From positions 5,704,001 to 5,768,000 of the forward strand of contig OZ316776.1 of assembly GCA_973851085.1 (NCBI GenBank): 64,000 nt of DNA. The letters run 5' to 3'. Position numbers and translations under genes: made by a program. Shown here in pieces: positions 1 through 12,169 of this stretch. The DNA comes from Ptychomitrium polyphyllum. Its lineage: Eukaryota. The notes under the pieces were generated by a model. It saw only the letters and a program-made list of their open reading frames with translations, had not been told where the DNA came from and searched no databases. Positions within the stretch are counted from its first letter, which is position 1, and the number at the start of each line of letters is the position of its first letter.

Positions 1-774
1 TCTTGGATTTACATGATATAGAGTGATTCCTGTAGTTTCGTCAGCATTTTCGCTTCGTCTTTGCTTGATAGATTGCGCGTTGTACATTTTGGTATATTGG
101 GTTTGTAATCGTTACTCTTTTACGGGGATGAATGAACGGCAAATCCTGTGGAGTCTGCTTGTAATGTGGTGGCAGCCTTCTTGCTTCGTATGTTCTCTCC
201 TTTGCGGTGTTAGTGACGTCTATGTTCTCCATTTGAACTGTTGGCGCGTTGAAGAATACGTGTAATCTAGTGCGGCATTCGCTCGCCTTGTGTAACTATC
301 AACTCCTCTTGGAGACCCGGGGCATACTTTTGGTTAGGATTTTATTGACAGTTTTTGATTAAGCTCTGACATTGAGTGTGGGCTGCGGGCGTGGAGGTTG
401 ATCTGGCCCAGTACGGCTTTTTGTTATGATTTATAAGTTCTCCTCAGAACTGGGCTAGTATTGAGGCACTATGAAGGATATGGGATATCTTTTTGTTCTG
501 GAATTCCTACGGTTCTGGGCTGTGTCGAATTTTCACATATTAGATTTTCAGCGCCTAGTACGGCTTTTAGAAATTGGAATTTACACGAGATTTAAGTAAA
601 CCGGTTTTGAAGGGTTACGTCAGATTTGTCCGAGGTTAAATTTTAGTAAGGATTATAATTTAGCTGACATTATGGGGTTGTATACGCGTCAGTTTGAAGT
701 AACCGGGACGAGAAATCGACTCTCTTGCTATGGACTGAGACTGACGTTTCAAGGCACTATTTTCTGTTTTGCAG

Positions 775-3700
775 CAAAACTTTACTTCGATTAGGGACAG
801 CTCGAATCAAGTTGCTACGCAACAAGAAAGGAATTCAGATTGTATCAGATAGAAGAGACGTAGCTGATTTTCTTAGGAATGGTCAAGAAAGCAATGCTGG
901 ATTACGGGTTCGTCCTCTTTTTCGTGCAGTCATGGATCTACATGTTTATTAGGCACCAAATGAAAGACGGTGTTTCTTACTTGTCATCAGCAAAAGATAT
1001 GTACATTTTAAGCTTGTCAATCGTTTCCTCAATTACAGGATGCTTTGAGTGGACGTCTCTTGTTCGATCGTGTTTGGATGGTTTAAGAATTCGAATTTTC
1101 CATAATGGTTCTCATGATTGAATCTGTTGGTTTCAGGTAGAGCACGTTATAAGGGAGCAGAATCTTATTGAAGCTTTTGACTTGCTTTACCTCTATGCTG
1201 AGCGAATAGCTGCACAGCTCCCGGTTATTAACTCTCAAAAGTAAATATTTTGATAACAACTTAGGCTCGAATCTATTTATGTTCATCTTCGGCTATATCA
1301 GTCATATCGTTTCTTAGTTACTCTTTACTTCATTCGGATTCATCGAATTAGCACTCTTTAGTGCTTATATGTTTGATGGCTTGTCTATTTTTTCAGGACC
1401 TGCCCTTCAGAGCTCAAGGAAGATATATCAACACTGCTATTTGCATCCTCAAGATGTGCAGAACTACCCGATTTTGCTCAGATTCGACCTTTGTTTTTAG
1501 CGAAGTATGGAAAGGAGTTTGTGTTAGCAGCAGAAGAATTGCGCCCTGGCTGCGGGGTGAATGGAAGGGTAAGTTGATTTACTTTTCCTTTCTCAGCAGC
1601 CGTTTCTCTTAAATGTTTCGTGTTATTAAGTTTTAGACTTGTGGTTTTGAAATAGCTGTGAGCGGGTCTCTGCTTCTGCTTCTGCTTGTGGCTTGTGTTT
1701 GTTTTTCTATCCCCTTACACTAGAATGAATATGACTTCTAATTAAATGTCATGATTAAGCCGCAGGTTATTGAGAAACTCTCTGTGAGTTCTGTATCTGG
1801 GGAAGCGAAGCTCAAGGTGATGAAGGACATAGCTGCAGAGCATAATGTGGAATGGGATCCAGCTCCTCTTGAGAATGAAATTAGGGTGGTCCCAGACGAC
1901 CTTCTTGTAAGTGCCTAGATTCTGAATACTGCTGTAATTGCACCGGGTTGGCAGTGTAAGTGCATTAACTAGCAGTGGTTGGTCGCTGGATCTGTGTTAT
2001 TGGATCTGGCGATGTGTAATATTTTGTTCACAAGATATCTTGTAATTTGAATTACTCGTGGGGTTTGCAGAATGGACCTACGAAGTTCACTGGCGCTGAG
2101 ACAATTGATGATTTTCCCACTGTTCCGAATCAGAAGCCAACGTTGGGAACCCATTCAGCTCAGCCTGATAATCTCACAAATTCAAATTCGGGAAAGTTTA
2201 GGGAAAATAATGTGGAGCCTACAAATTCGCCTCGCCCAGTCGATGTCCATAGAACAAGTTCACAGGGTACTAGAAGTGGGCCTCCTTCCCGGAAACCTCC
2301 TGGACTAGAGCAATCGAAGACAGAGAACTCGTCACTTGACGATAGACACACTGATATGAATTCAGGGAGCAGGGAAACTCAGTGTCGGAGAAATTCGTAT
2401 GCCCCATCCTCACAAACACGACATCAAGATGAGGAGTCGAGACGTAATTCTATTGGTGTGCCTAGAGAGAAAAGCGATCGGACTCATATTGGATCTACTT
2501 TCGCAGGTATGGATGAGGCTTCGCCAACGAAATATAACCGACGGGAGTCGCAGGCTGCAGAGATAGATGACTTCGATGGTAGCCACAGGTCAGATCGTAG
2601 GCAGAGCCAGAAGTATGATCAGTACGCGGGTATGGGTCAGGTGGAGAAGATAAGTGCGGACTCATTTCACTCGAAAGGCTCTCGATCAGCTCCTAGTTTT
2701 CACGAAGATTTGAATCATATTTCTGATGTCAATGAGCAAGTTTTCGTCAATATCAGGCCCGGAACTGATGGACGCAGGAAGACTCAGTCACGTCAAGATC
2801 AGGATCTCGAGGAGGATAATTACAGCATGGTTTATCGGAGGGAAGGGTCTGCTAAGTCAAAACCACGTAAAGAAGACCAAGTTCTTGACGAAGATAATTA
2901 CCGAAGGGTTCCTAGTAGGGAAGGTTCTGGAAAGGCAAGGACACAGCATCAACATCACGATTCCGATGAGGACGGTCTAAAGCGGGCTCCTAGTAGGGAA
3001 GGTTCCGGAAAGGCAAGGACACAGCATCAACATCACGATTCCGATGAGGACGGTCTAAAGCGGGCTCCTAGTAGGGAAGGTTCCGGAAAGGGAAGGCCGC
3101 AACACGTGGACCACTTTGCTGGGGAGGAAATGTTTAGGAGGGCTTGTAATAAGGAAGGTTCTGGAAGTAAACTGAATTTTCTGGAGACATCGGCTGAGGA
3201 AGGTCTTCATGGCCGGATTAGTGGCAGGGGCAAGGAGGGTAAGCAATCTGCAGAGAGGTATCGGGGGCACGATTCTGCCGACGAAGATCCTGACCATATT
3301 CCTCACCGGAGTGAAGAACCACGCCGGAGAGACTCTACTAAAAACACATCTAAACATGCAGACGAGGACATCTATAACCCTAAATGGGATAATGAGTCTT
3401 GTAGAAGTAATATTACCACAAGGATACCCAGGAACTCAGAGGACGAGTATCGTGATTCTGCAAAAGTAACGCGACGTGACTCTCTGAATACGAGAGTAGG
3501 GATTTCGTCACAGGATGATTATTTAGTCCATATTTCGGATGGCGGTGATGATGCGAGGAAGAACAAGGGAACCTTTGTTGACGACAATTTGAGAAAGAGC
3601 AACGATTTAGCTGTTAGGAAGAAGGGCACTGAGAAATCTACCTCCGATACATCTCATTATGATTCTAGTGAGTGCGAGGATGATCCTCGAAGGGGTGGTG

Positions 3701-4749
3701 CAAGAAAGCCTGAACCAAGGCATAATGATTTCAAAGCAACTAACTGTCGAAATTCAGATAGGTCATCAGATTCCGGAGAAGAGGGTTCTCGCCAGAGTAC
3801 GTGGAGGGTCCCCAGATTGCCCAGCGTTGATGAACAGAGGAAGGAGTCTCCAGATAATCAAGGATCTTCTAGAGGCAAGAGACACGGGAGAGATTATCCT
3901 GATTCATTGAAGACATCTAGTACTTCCAGGTTTGACAATGATAACTTTGATTTTGATGATGGCCATTTTACTTCTAACTCTAGAACGGAGAAGAGAATGA
4001 GTTTGCCAGAAGGAACTGTGCGTGATAAGTCCAAGTATCAAGGAAATAGAGACATTGATGATTACGATGACTCTGTAAGGCCATCTGTGCGTCGAGCGAC
4101 AATTGGCTCTGAGGAAGTCCGTGCCAGGGCTCGGGAGAGAGAGGATCCTTCAAGGAGCAGGTATGGGGAGAAGGAGAAGCAGTCGGACACTAGGAGACTA
4201 TCTGCACCCTTACCAAAGGGTGACATCATGGAGAGACGTGAGTCACCAAATTATCCGTCGCAAAGAGATAGACCTGATCAACATCGTAAGCCTGATATTT
4301 CTGCTGGATATGATGATGTGAGACCTCCTCGCTTTAGTAATCTTAAAGTTGGTCTAGATGATGAGTATTCTCCTAACACTAGTGCGCAAAGGGATAGGTC
4401 TGACCGTCAACGAAAGTCCGACATGTCTCCTAGATATGATGATGACAAGCCTCCTCGTTTTATTAAGGATGGCAAGCAACCTACCTTGGATGACGATAAA
4501 CCACAGAGGTTTGTCCATTCTCCTCGTCGGAACGATGAACCTTTGCAGTCTACGCCACGACCTCGATCTAACTTGCAGAGCGTGAAGACTGATCCGGCCT
4601 TATCAGACATGCCAAAACCGTCTGCTCCGGACCACCGGAAGTCCCAATCAGCATCAGATAGTCAGCCCCAATCCAAACCCACTTTCATGAAACCGCCGGA
4701 CCTGGATGTTTTGATTCAAATGTTTGGAAACAAGGGGAAGAAGAAATAA
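775..4749 (+). CDS. IST1: IST1-like protein (regulator of Vps4 activity / ESCRT-III associated), 5'-partial, with long low-complexity C-terminal extension
   Basis: Exons 775-907, 1137-1240, 1397-1568, 1766-1906 and 2071-4749, all GT-AG and phase-consistent. Translation KTLLRLGTARIKLLRNKK..R|VEHVIREQNLIEAFDLL..CPSELKEDISTLLFASSRCAELPD..KYGKEFV..ELRPGCGVN..VIEKLSV..IAAEHNVEWDP..DLL|NGPTKF matches the plant Ist1 domain. The first coding exon was not found and is presumed upstream of the window. Confidence 0.9.
2911..3096 (+). repeat. In-frame 78-bp coding tandem repeat (2.4 copies) in the IST1-like tail
   Basis: 2911-2988 and 2989-3066 differ at one base; partial third copy at 3067-3096. Unit encodes PSREGSGKARTQHQHHDSDEDGLKRA. 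Confidence 0.95.
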
Positions 4750-5717
4750 GGAGTTTCAAGTTGAGTGTATCATATACTTCGACTTCTGGGTCCATTTGCT
4801 GGACGTGTACAGAGTAGTTCTAGACTACCAATGCCTATTGGGCGTGCACAACCATTCTAGTGCTGAGTTGATATAACCCCTATGGGCATCCATTTGCAGA
4901 ACCTAACCCTGTTTTAATATGATTTTAAGGATTTTATTGAAGGATTCTTCCTTTACTAAGCCCTACTCGAAAGCTTAGAAAAAATAAAGTAGCTTAGTGA
5001 TTATCATTACTTCATGGAGTTTTGTGGGAAAAATGTTAGCTACGCCTGAGAGTCAAGCTTCAATTGAAGGCACTTTGATAAGTAACATTTACCAGGGGCT
5101 GCTCTTGTGAGCTTTTACTTGGTTAGGCTCTTTCTGCGTGCAGGATAGAAGCCAATCGACCTTGCCTAGCGCCACTGATGCATGCAAGAATGTAGTAATG
5201 AATTTGTTAATTTTTGCTGTGCTAAACGAGCATTGTTGGAGAATTCCCGAATCTTGGTTTCATTCCTGAAACCTTCGTAGTCCGTGATTCTATTCCCTAA
5301 CTCTTAATGTCATTTATCATTTTGTGTAATATTAGCTCAAACCTCATAGGTAGGGCAATTTTTTGGAGGCGATTCATCACCCTAGTCCTGCTTCTGGACA
5401 GGATAACTGATTCTTGTATCAGGAGGGCTTGAAGTGTATATGTCTTTGAGGTTTTATGATGTTGATACTACGTTTGGTTCAATTATCATCAAGGCAATGG
5501 CTTGTCCGGGATCCTGGTTGGAGAGTTTGTACTCGCCAACAATTGCAAAGTTCTTCACAGTTCGCTGGCTTGAACTTCGCAGTGCTCTCTGTTTTGATTG
5601 CTCATCCTGGTTATGGGCGTGCTAGCAGACGTAGAGCATGATGTGAGCATACAGGTACCACACCGGGACTTCTGTGGGACTTCTTTTCATCCAGCTTATA
5701 TTCCCTCCGTTCCCTCT

Positions 5718-5745
5718 TATATATATATATATATATATATATATA
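5718..5745. repeat. (TA)14 microsatellite
   Basis: Direct read of the TA run. Confidence 0.95.
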
Positions 5746-7107
5746 CTTATGTATTTATTTTGGTGTCATTATATAAATATATTGGTACAAGTCATGTTGC
5801 GGAGCCATCATGGACTCAAGTGAGTTCATTTCATAAAGTATTCTACAACATCATCCAAGACAGTACAGCTTGAACAGGTGTAGATTTGGTAGTTCTACAT
5901 AGTTAAAATTTCCCTACTATCAGAATTGAGAGAACGGACTTTGGCAACCTAAACTGCTTTGAATCACAGCAGTGATTTCTCAAACAGTGAGGACTCCGGG
6001 TGTTAGATTAACGAGACTTGAGCTACAGCCGGAACTAAATATCGAAGTATGAAACATATTATTTGTTTCAAATCTAAAATTAACGCCTCCCAAGACCTAG
6101 TAAGCATGATTTGTGGCAAACTAAAGGAAGAAGGCTGACTTGCGGGGTCAGCTCAAGATGCTCCTTAAAGTTGAAGCTAGTTCTTCGGGTCTGGGAAAAT
6201 ATCCGAGGCACCTATTTCCGTCCACATTGACTTCCTCATTACCTTTTGCTTCTGATACAGGCTTATAGATGCCCGGGTGAACCTACACGTACATTGGTAC
6301 ACGGATGAATGTTTACAGATGATTCGATATCATTGATCGGCTACCATGGATAATTTTTTTGCCAAATAAATGTATCAATACGAATTGCCTATAATGTTGT
6401 GTAGCTCATGCTGGTGTTGATAAAGATTTTGACTTTCTTTACTGGCGAACTTCTGTGAAGAAGTAAATTTAAAGAAACCTTCTTTCATTTCAAATTGAAA
6501 AGTGTGGACTATTGAATCTATATTAAGTAATGATTAAATAAGTGTCATGTTTATTTTTAGTAGTTAAAGATGGCCATTGGATTGGATTGTATGTGTTACA
6601 TAATATAGCGACAAGGATTCATGGATATTTTTAAGGATTTTAGATGGAAGTATGTATATAATTTTCTTCACTTTAAAAGGGCCATATTAAGGCATCATAG
6701 GGCTGAATTAGATTTTGGAGAGTTTGGAGGTGTGAATGGAAATATTTGAAGATTGGTTAAATCTTTGGCCTTCTTTCATATTCTTTAAATCTTATATAGC
6801 TTAGTGGAAGTTGAAATTTAGAAGATCAAGGCCTTGAGGATTTGATATAACTAATGGTAGCTTTGTTAATTTACTAAATTTGAAATGTTTCCTTATTTTC
6901 TTCATATATAAAATAAGATCATTTTTTCAAGGATAATTTTCATCTTTTCAAGGTATCAATGTATGTGTAATTTATCTTGTCTTTCTTTAAATAAGGTATA
7001 AAATAGCCTTTATTTGTAAGAGGATGTAATTTATAACACAATTGAATTCTAGAAACTTTTAAAATGATCAACAAGAGTAGATTTTAGCACAAAAATTGCT
7101 ACCATAT

Positions 7108-7477
7108 TGTTACGGATAGAGTAACAACAAGGCAAGGCTTCAAGATTCCAAGATATGAAATAAGGTATTTTTAAGGTATATTAGAAGAAAAAAGCTATAA
7201 TAAGTTATGAAGACAAGATTAGGAGATTTGAACTAAACAAAAAGAGATGTATTGTTAAGAATAAACATCTCTTTAGCTTTTATTCCTATATATTTTAGAA
7301 CTAACAAGCCTTGGAAGTGTCTTGAAAAGCTTCTAAGATAATGCTTTGTGATCAAGTAATTTCAAATTGCTTCACTGGAAGCTTCTTTAGCTAATCTAGT
7401 TTTTTTAGAAATCTCCTTGGTATTCTTCTACCTTCTAGAAATCTTTCAAGAAGCTTTTAATATATATGACCGTGACA
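7108..7477 (-). mobile_element. Degenerate LTR of a second gypsy family, with PPT-like flank
   Basis: Bounded by TGTTACGG...CCGTGACA and followed by TCACCT, the same flank as the PPT at 12155. Homologous by eye to 10885-11128 and ~22878-23231. Confidence 0.7.
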
Positions 7478-9841
7478 TCACCTCATTTTTTAGCTCCAAG
7501 ATCTCCAAGGAGCATAATGCAACAAATGCTCATAATTGTAGGAAGTCAAAAATTTATTGCATGGTATTTGCAACATACACTAATTGCCTTTTACAATTCA
7601 AATGATTCATAGATCTTTGTAACCATTAATGATAACTAACATCTTTCATTTAAAATCAGGCATGAACTTCTATACTTTCATTATAAAAGCGTCATTTAAA
7701 CATTGCTTCTATATGATCTTCATGAATAGGCTTCACTTCAAAGACAATCATCAACAATGTCTTATTAGATATTTTTTAAGATCTTCTTGGTTTAATCTAT
7801 TCTTTGTCATGACGTTGTCAAAATAAGCCACTTGGTTGATAACACCATTGGTATGGTATTGGAACTTTGACTACTCATATCTAATATACCAAACTATTTT
7901 CAAAGAACTATGATAAACTCAAAATACAAAGAACTATATCATGTATAGAACTTCAAAAACTTATATTTTAGGAATTGTTTTTTTCCTACTTTAAAAATAC
8001 CAAGTATCAAAAGTCTTCAAAGTTACAAAACATTATCAAGCCATTGTTTTATATATTCCTACATTTAGTTTAAATAGATATTACTAATAGAACTCACAAA
8101 TTTTTATTGACAAATTGGCAAGTTTGTTATCTAGCTGCCACGTGCGTTCATTGATGTCATATCTGCACCAAGGGACCAAATATTCCAACTTTTCATATAT
8201 TATCTGTAAATCAAGCATTTCTCCTATTTCAAATTTATGATGATTGTTAATTTTTACCACAAGTGGTGGTAGATATTTTTATTCAAGGATAATTGATTCT
8301 TTGTAGGCTTCTAAAAATGAAACATTGAAGATTAGATGTACCTTCATTAATCTTGGTAGCTCCAAACAACACAACATGTGGTTGATTTGTTTTTAATTGC
8401 AAATGGATTCAACATGCAACAATTTAGCTTGTTGCATGGCCTGTTGGTTTTTATATTGTGTTGAAGGAGCCACATCTTTTCACCAACTTGAAATGGTGGT
8501 TGTTCCTTTCTTATTACATTTGTTGCTGTTTTGTATTATTTTTGAGTTTCTTCTAATTGAGTTTCTATGGTTGCTTAAAGCTCTACCATCCTTGTAACAA
8601 ATCTTTTGCTATTGGATTTTTAGATTGTGAAGGTTGTAACGTATTCATCTTTAGATGATGTCCATAATTGGAGTAGAATGGCGTTTGTTGGATGGAAGTG
8701 TGAGCAGTATTGTTGTAAGCAAACTTGGCCAATGTTAAGTAGGAAGTCTAATCATCTTGCTGATAGTTGATAGTACACTTCAAATATTGTTCCAAGATTT
8801 GATTTACTTGCTTTATTCAATCATTGTTTTAAGGATAGAAAGTAGAAGAAAGTTTAATATTTACTTTAAGAATCTCAACGAGCGTCTTCCAAATTCTTGA
8901 TACAAACTATGGCCTATGATATGATATAATATTGTTGAGTAGTCCATAGTAACATTAGATATTATCAATTTAGAGTGTGGCAATTTCTTCACTCGTAATT
9001 GTTTTCTTACAAGGTACAAAAATATGCCATCTTGCTCAACCAATGTTGTGAGGTATTCAATTATATAATTTAAAGCTTGACTAGTATTTGTTATTTTGTA
9101 GAACTTAAATTATTATATTTGAAAAAGAAAGTACTAGAAATTAAAAATAATTAGAGAAAAAAAAGCCATGGTTAAACCACAATTTTTATTTGTCTTGGAA
9201 GTGGAATCACATCTTGTTTAAGCTTAGGTTGAATAGGCCGGTTGATTGTAGTACTTTTTTGCATGCCATTCTTGTTAGCAGTATCAAGTCAAGTGCTACT
9301 GTTTTATTCAAAAAATACGATAAGAATGAAACTTGGTCTAATTTAGTAGCTGGAACTTATTTAGTCAATCAAGTTCATGACTTGGTATCTGATTCTACCT
9401 CGACAATGATATTATTCTTAATTCGTTTTTTTATTGAATTTCAATATTTTTCTTATTTTTTTCATTTATTTTAGTTTTTTAATTTCTATTTTAGATTTAA
9501 GAAGGTTGATTTTGTATTCTTTTGTAGTTTAAACCTAAAAATTTCAAGCAAAAAAAAAAGATTTAAGTTATTTTTTGTTTGAAGATATGGTTAGATAACG
9601 GTTTTATAAAAGAAATTAAGGACTGATGTAGAGTGATAAGCGGCGGATGTGGCGGTTTGACCACTGCCCTCTTCTTCTCTTTCACCTTCTCTCATTTAAA
9701 TAAGAAGGCAGCCTTTCTTTGGATAATAACTCATTATATATTTCTTAGTTTGAATTGATCTTTACTGGATTTCTTTTTTTCTCTTGTGAACTTTTCAAAA
9801 AGCCATCTTACGCTTCATTTGGAGTTAGTATGTGACTATGG

Positions 9842-9887
9842 CATTAGTTTGAATAAAGTTGAGTCATTAGTTTGAATAAAGTTGAGT
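9842..9887. repeat. Perfect 23-bp tandem duplication
   Basis: CATTAGTTTGAATAAAGTTGAGT occurs twice in tandem. Confidence 0.9.
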
Positions 9888-10080
9888 CACCTGCCTTGAG
9901 GTTTTGAGAGCAGTTACTTTAAATGCTTGTAATTTTTTGTAGAAATGGTTTTTGATAACGAAATTTGCAGAATAGCATTTTGACTATTTTAAAATGATAG
10001 TGTAGAAATTTCAAGAGTAGTGGATTTTTATAGTAGAAGATAGAACCTGTGGCATTCGCAATGGCCGCCAAGCAAAGGCT

Positions 10081-10259
10081 CCTAAAGAGGTAGAACCTTA
10101 TTAGGAAGTTTCCAAAGGTGGAAGAACTTTCCTAAGAAGCTTCTTAAAAACATGGAAATGCTATGGAGACATTTGAAAGTATTCTAAGAAGCTATTATAA
10201 TATACCAGAAGGTTCTAGAATATTTTAAGGACTATGTTGTATGATATGTGTCTGTGACA
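10081..10259 (-). mobile_element. Truncated LTR fragment of the same family as the full-length chromovirus
   Basis: Aligns with the last ~170 bp of the LTRs ending at 12154 and 19205 (..GAAGGTTCTAGAAT..AAGGACTATGTTG..GTGACA). Left boundary approximate. Confidence 0.8.
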
Positions 10260-10319
10260 CAAAGTAGGACAATGTTTGTCTTGAGAGCAACGTTTCTACT
10301 AAATCAATGCGTGAAGTAT

Positions 10320-11128
10320 TTGTAGGAGATGCTAAAGGTTGAAACAAGATAACAAATTGAACTTGGTTTACAAAGCGTCAAAATTTTGAACGCGAATTGT
10401 CAAACTTCTCCGGAAGGTTGATTCTTGGTTCCTTAGCAGTTGACATTGAATTCTTGGCTTGAACTTGTCCATCTTTTATTAAGTCAAGTTTAGACAATGA
10501 AGCACCTAAGTTGACTTGGAATAGCAATTGGAATGCTTTTGTTCTTTGATTATTATATATGGTCAAAATTATGTTTTTATTTTGTTTTGATGAAGTCTTG
10601 GTCATGATCTTCAGTGTTTCAAGGGCATTGATAATGGAATCTAATTTGGTTTCTTTTTAATTAGTTACATTGACTTCTTCACTTTCTAGCATAGAAATGA
10701 AATGGAATTAGATAAAAATTGCTAAATACGCAAAAAATTAAAGAAAATTCAAGGAGAAATATTAGTCCATAGAAGGATAATCTGCAACCTCTAGACTGCT
10801 ATAGTGCTTTTATGAAGAGGAGTAATCCGCTTTCTATCAAGAAAAACCAAGCACTAATATCGTTATATGATAATTTTGACAAACTGTTACAAACAAAGTA
10901 ACATTAAGACAAGGCTTTAAGATTGCAAGATGTAGCACAAGATATGTCCAAGGTATATTAAAAGTAATGAGCTATAACAAGGTATAAAGAGAAGGTTAGA
11001 AGGTCTCAGCTAGACCACAAGAGATGTGTTGTTAAGACTATAGATTCTTTCAGCTTCAACTCTTATATTTATAAAGTCTACAAGCCTTGGAAGCTTCTTG
11101 AGAAGCTTTTACTATATTGCTTTGTACG
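10320..11128 (-). mobile_element. Second-family gypsy relic: 5' internal region plus truncated LTR (10885-11128)
   Basis: Colinear similarity with ~22330-23231. The LTR part starts TGTTAC at 10885 and matches 7108-7477. Boundaries approximate. Confidence 0.65.
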
Positions 11129-11571
11129 GAAATACCAATGCATCACATCTATATAGATTCTTTGCTGACATACTTACGGCAGCAGTTGCAAATGCCACAG
11201 GAATGAATTCCTTCCTCCCATCTCCAACCCGATTCGGTCTAATCCATGTTTTTTTAGTCCAATTGTCCAAAGCAAAATTAAGAAGATAAAATGCTTGTTG
11301 ACCAACTAAATATTATAGTTGGCAGCACTAATCATTGCACACTGTAAAAATATGTGAGAATAAAGAAGTCAAGAACCAATGTGTAAAATCAACTATAATG
11401 GCTGTCGTGTATAACCTGTAGCTTGTTTTGTACTTCCAACTAAGATAATAATGGTAAAAAGACAAGGCTCAAGATCTACAGCCTTCAAATTCAACTCTTA
11501 GGTAAGCCAATGACCAATCATAATTGACTAGGCACCAAAGTCCATCATAATCCGAAATGGTACAACATAAG

Positions 11572-12154
11572 TATTAGGGACATAAGAAACAAGAAACAGA
11601 AACAAAGTATTTCCCAAGAATTAGCTTCCAAAGAGCTAATGATTAACAAGAACTTGATACAAAGACTAGAACAAGGCAGGATTCAAGATGATCCACAACT
11701 TGTGTTGGCAAGACTAAGGAATACCTTGTCTTGCCTCCTATTTATACTATGACGTTTGTATCTCCTAGGATACTTCTAAAGAAGCTTCCTACAAGGCTTA
11801 AGAATGTTCTGGAAGTCTAGGAAACCTTCCTAAGAAATTTCTTAAGATGTTGGAACCTTCCTAAGAGTCTTCTAAGGAGTTGGAACCTTCCTTAGAAGTT
11901 TCCTAAGGTAGCGGAACCTTCCTATGAAGTTCCCTAAGGTAATGGAACCTTCATAGGAAGTTTCCTAGGAAATTTTCTAAGATGATAGAACCTTCCTAGG
12001 AAGTTTCCTAAGGTGGAGGAACTTTCCTAGGAAGCTTCCTAAATACATGGAAAGACTATGGAGACATCTAAAAGTATTCTAAGAAGCTATTATAGTATAC
12101 TAGAAGGTTCTAGAATGTTCTAAGGACTATGTTGCATAATCTATGTCCATGACA
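11572..12154 (-). repeat. 3' LTR (583 bp) of the chromovirus
   Basis: Near-identical to 18697-19205 (about 24 substitutions by manual alignment) plus 74 bp of extra internal repeat. One terminal base mutated (TA instead of TG on +). Confidence 0.95.
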
Positions 12155-12169
12155 TCACCTTCCCATTTA
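12155..12169 (-). promoter_or_regulatory. Polypurine tract (plus-strand priming site)
   Basis: Minus strand reads TAAATGGGAAGGTGA immediately before the 3' LTR start TGTCA. Confidence 0.8.

Noticed and set aside
5434..6050. Short ORFs and exon-like segments after the IST1-like gene
   Set aside because: No recognisable homology or consistent splice model.
7480..9500. Possible gag/protease remnants in AT-rich sequence
   Set aside because: Probably decayed transposon sequence, but too eroded to assign motifs or boundaries by eye.
11821..12040. Regularly spaced semi-palindromic repeats resembling a CRISPR array
   Set aside because: LTR-internal minisatellite present in both LTRs, with no unique spacers and no cas genes, in a eukaryotic context.
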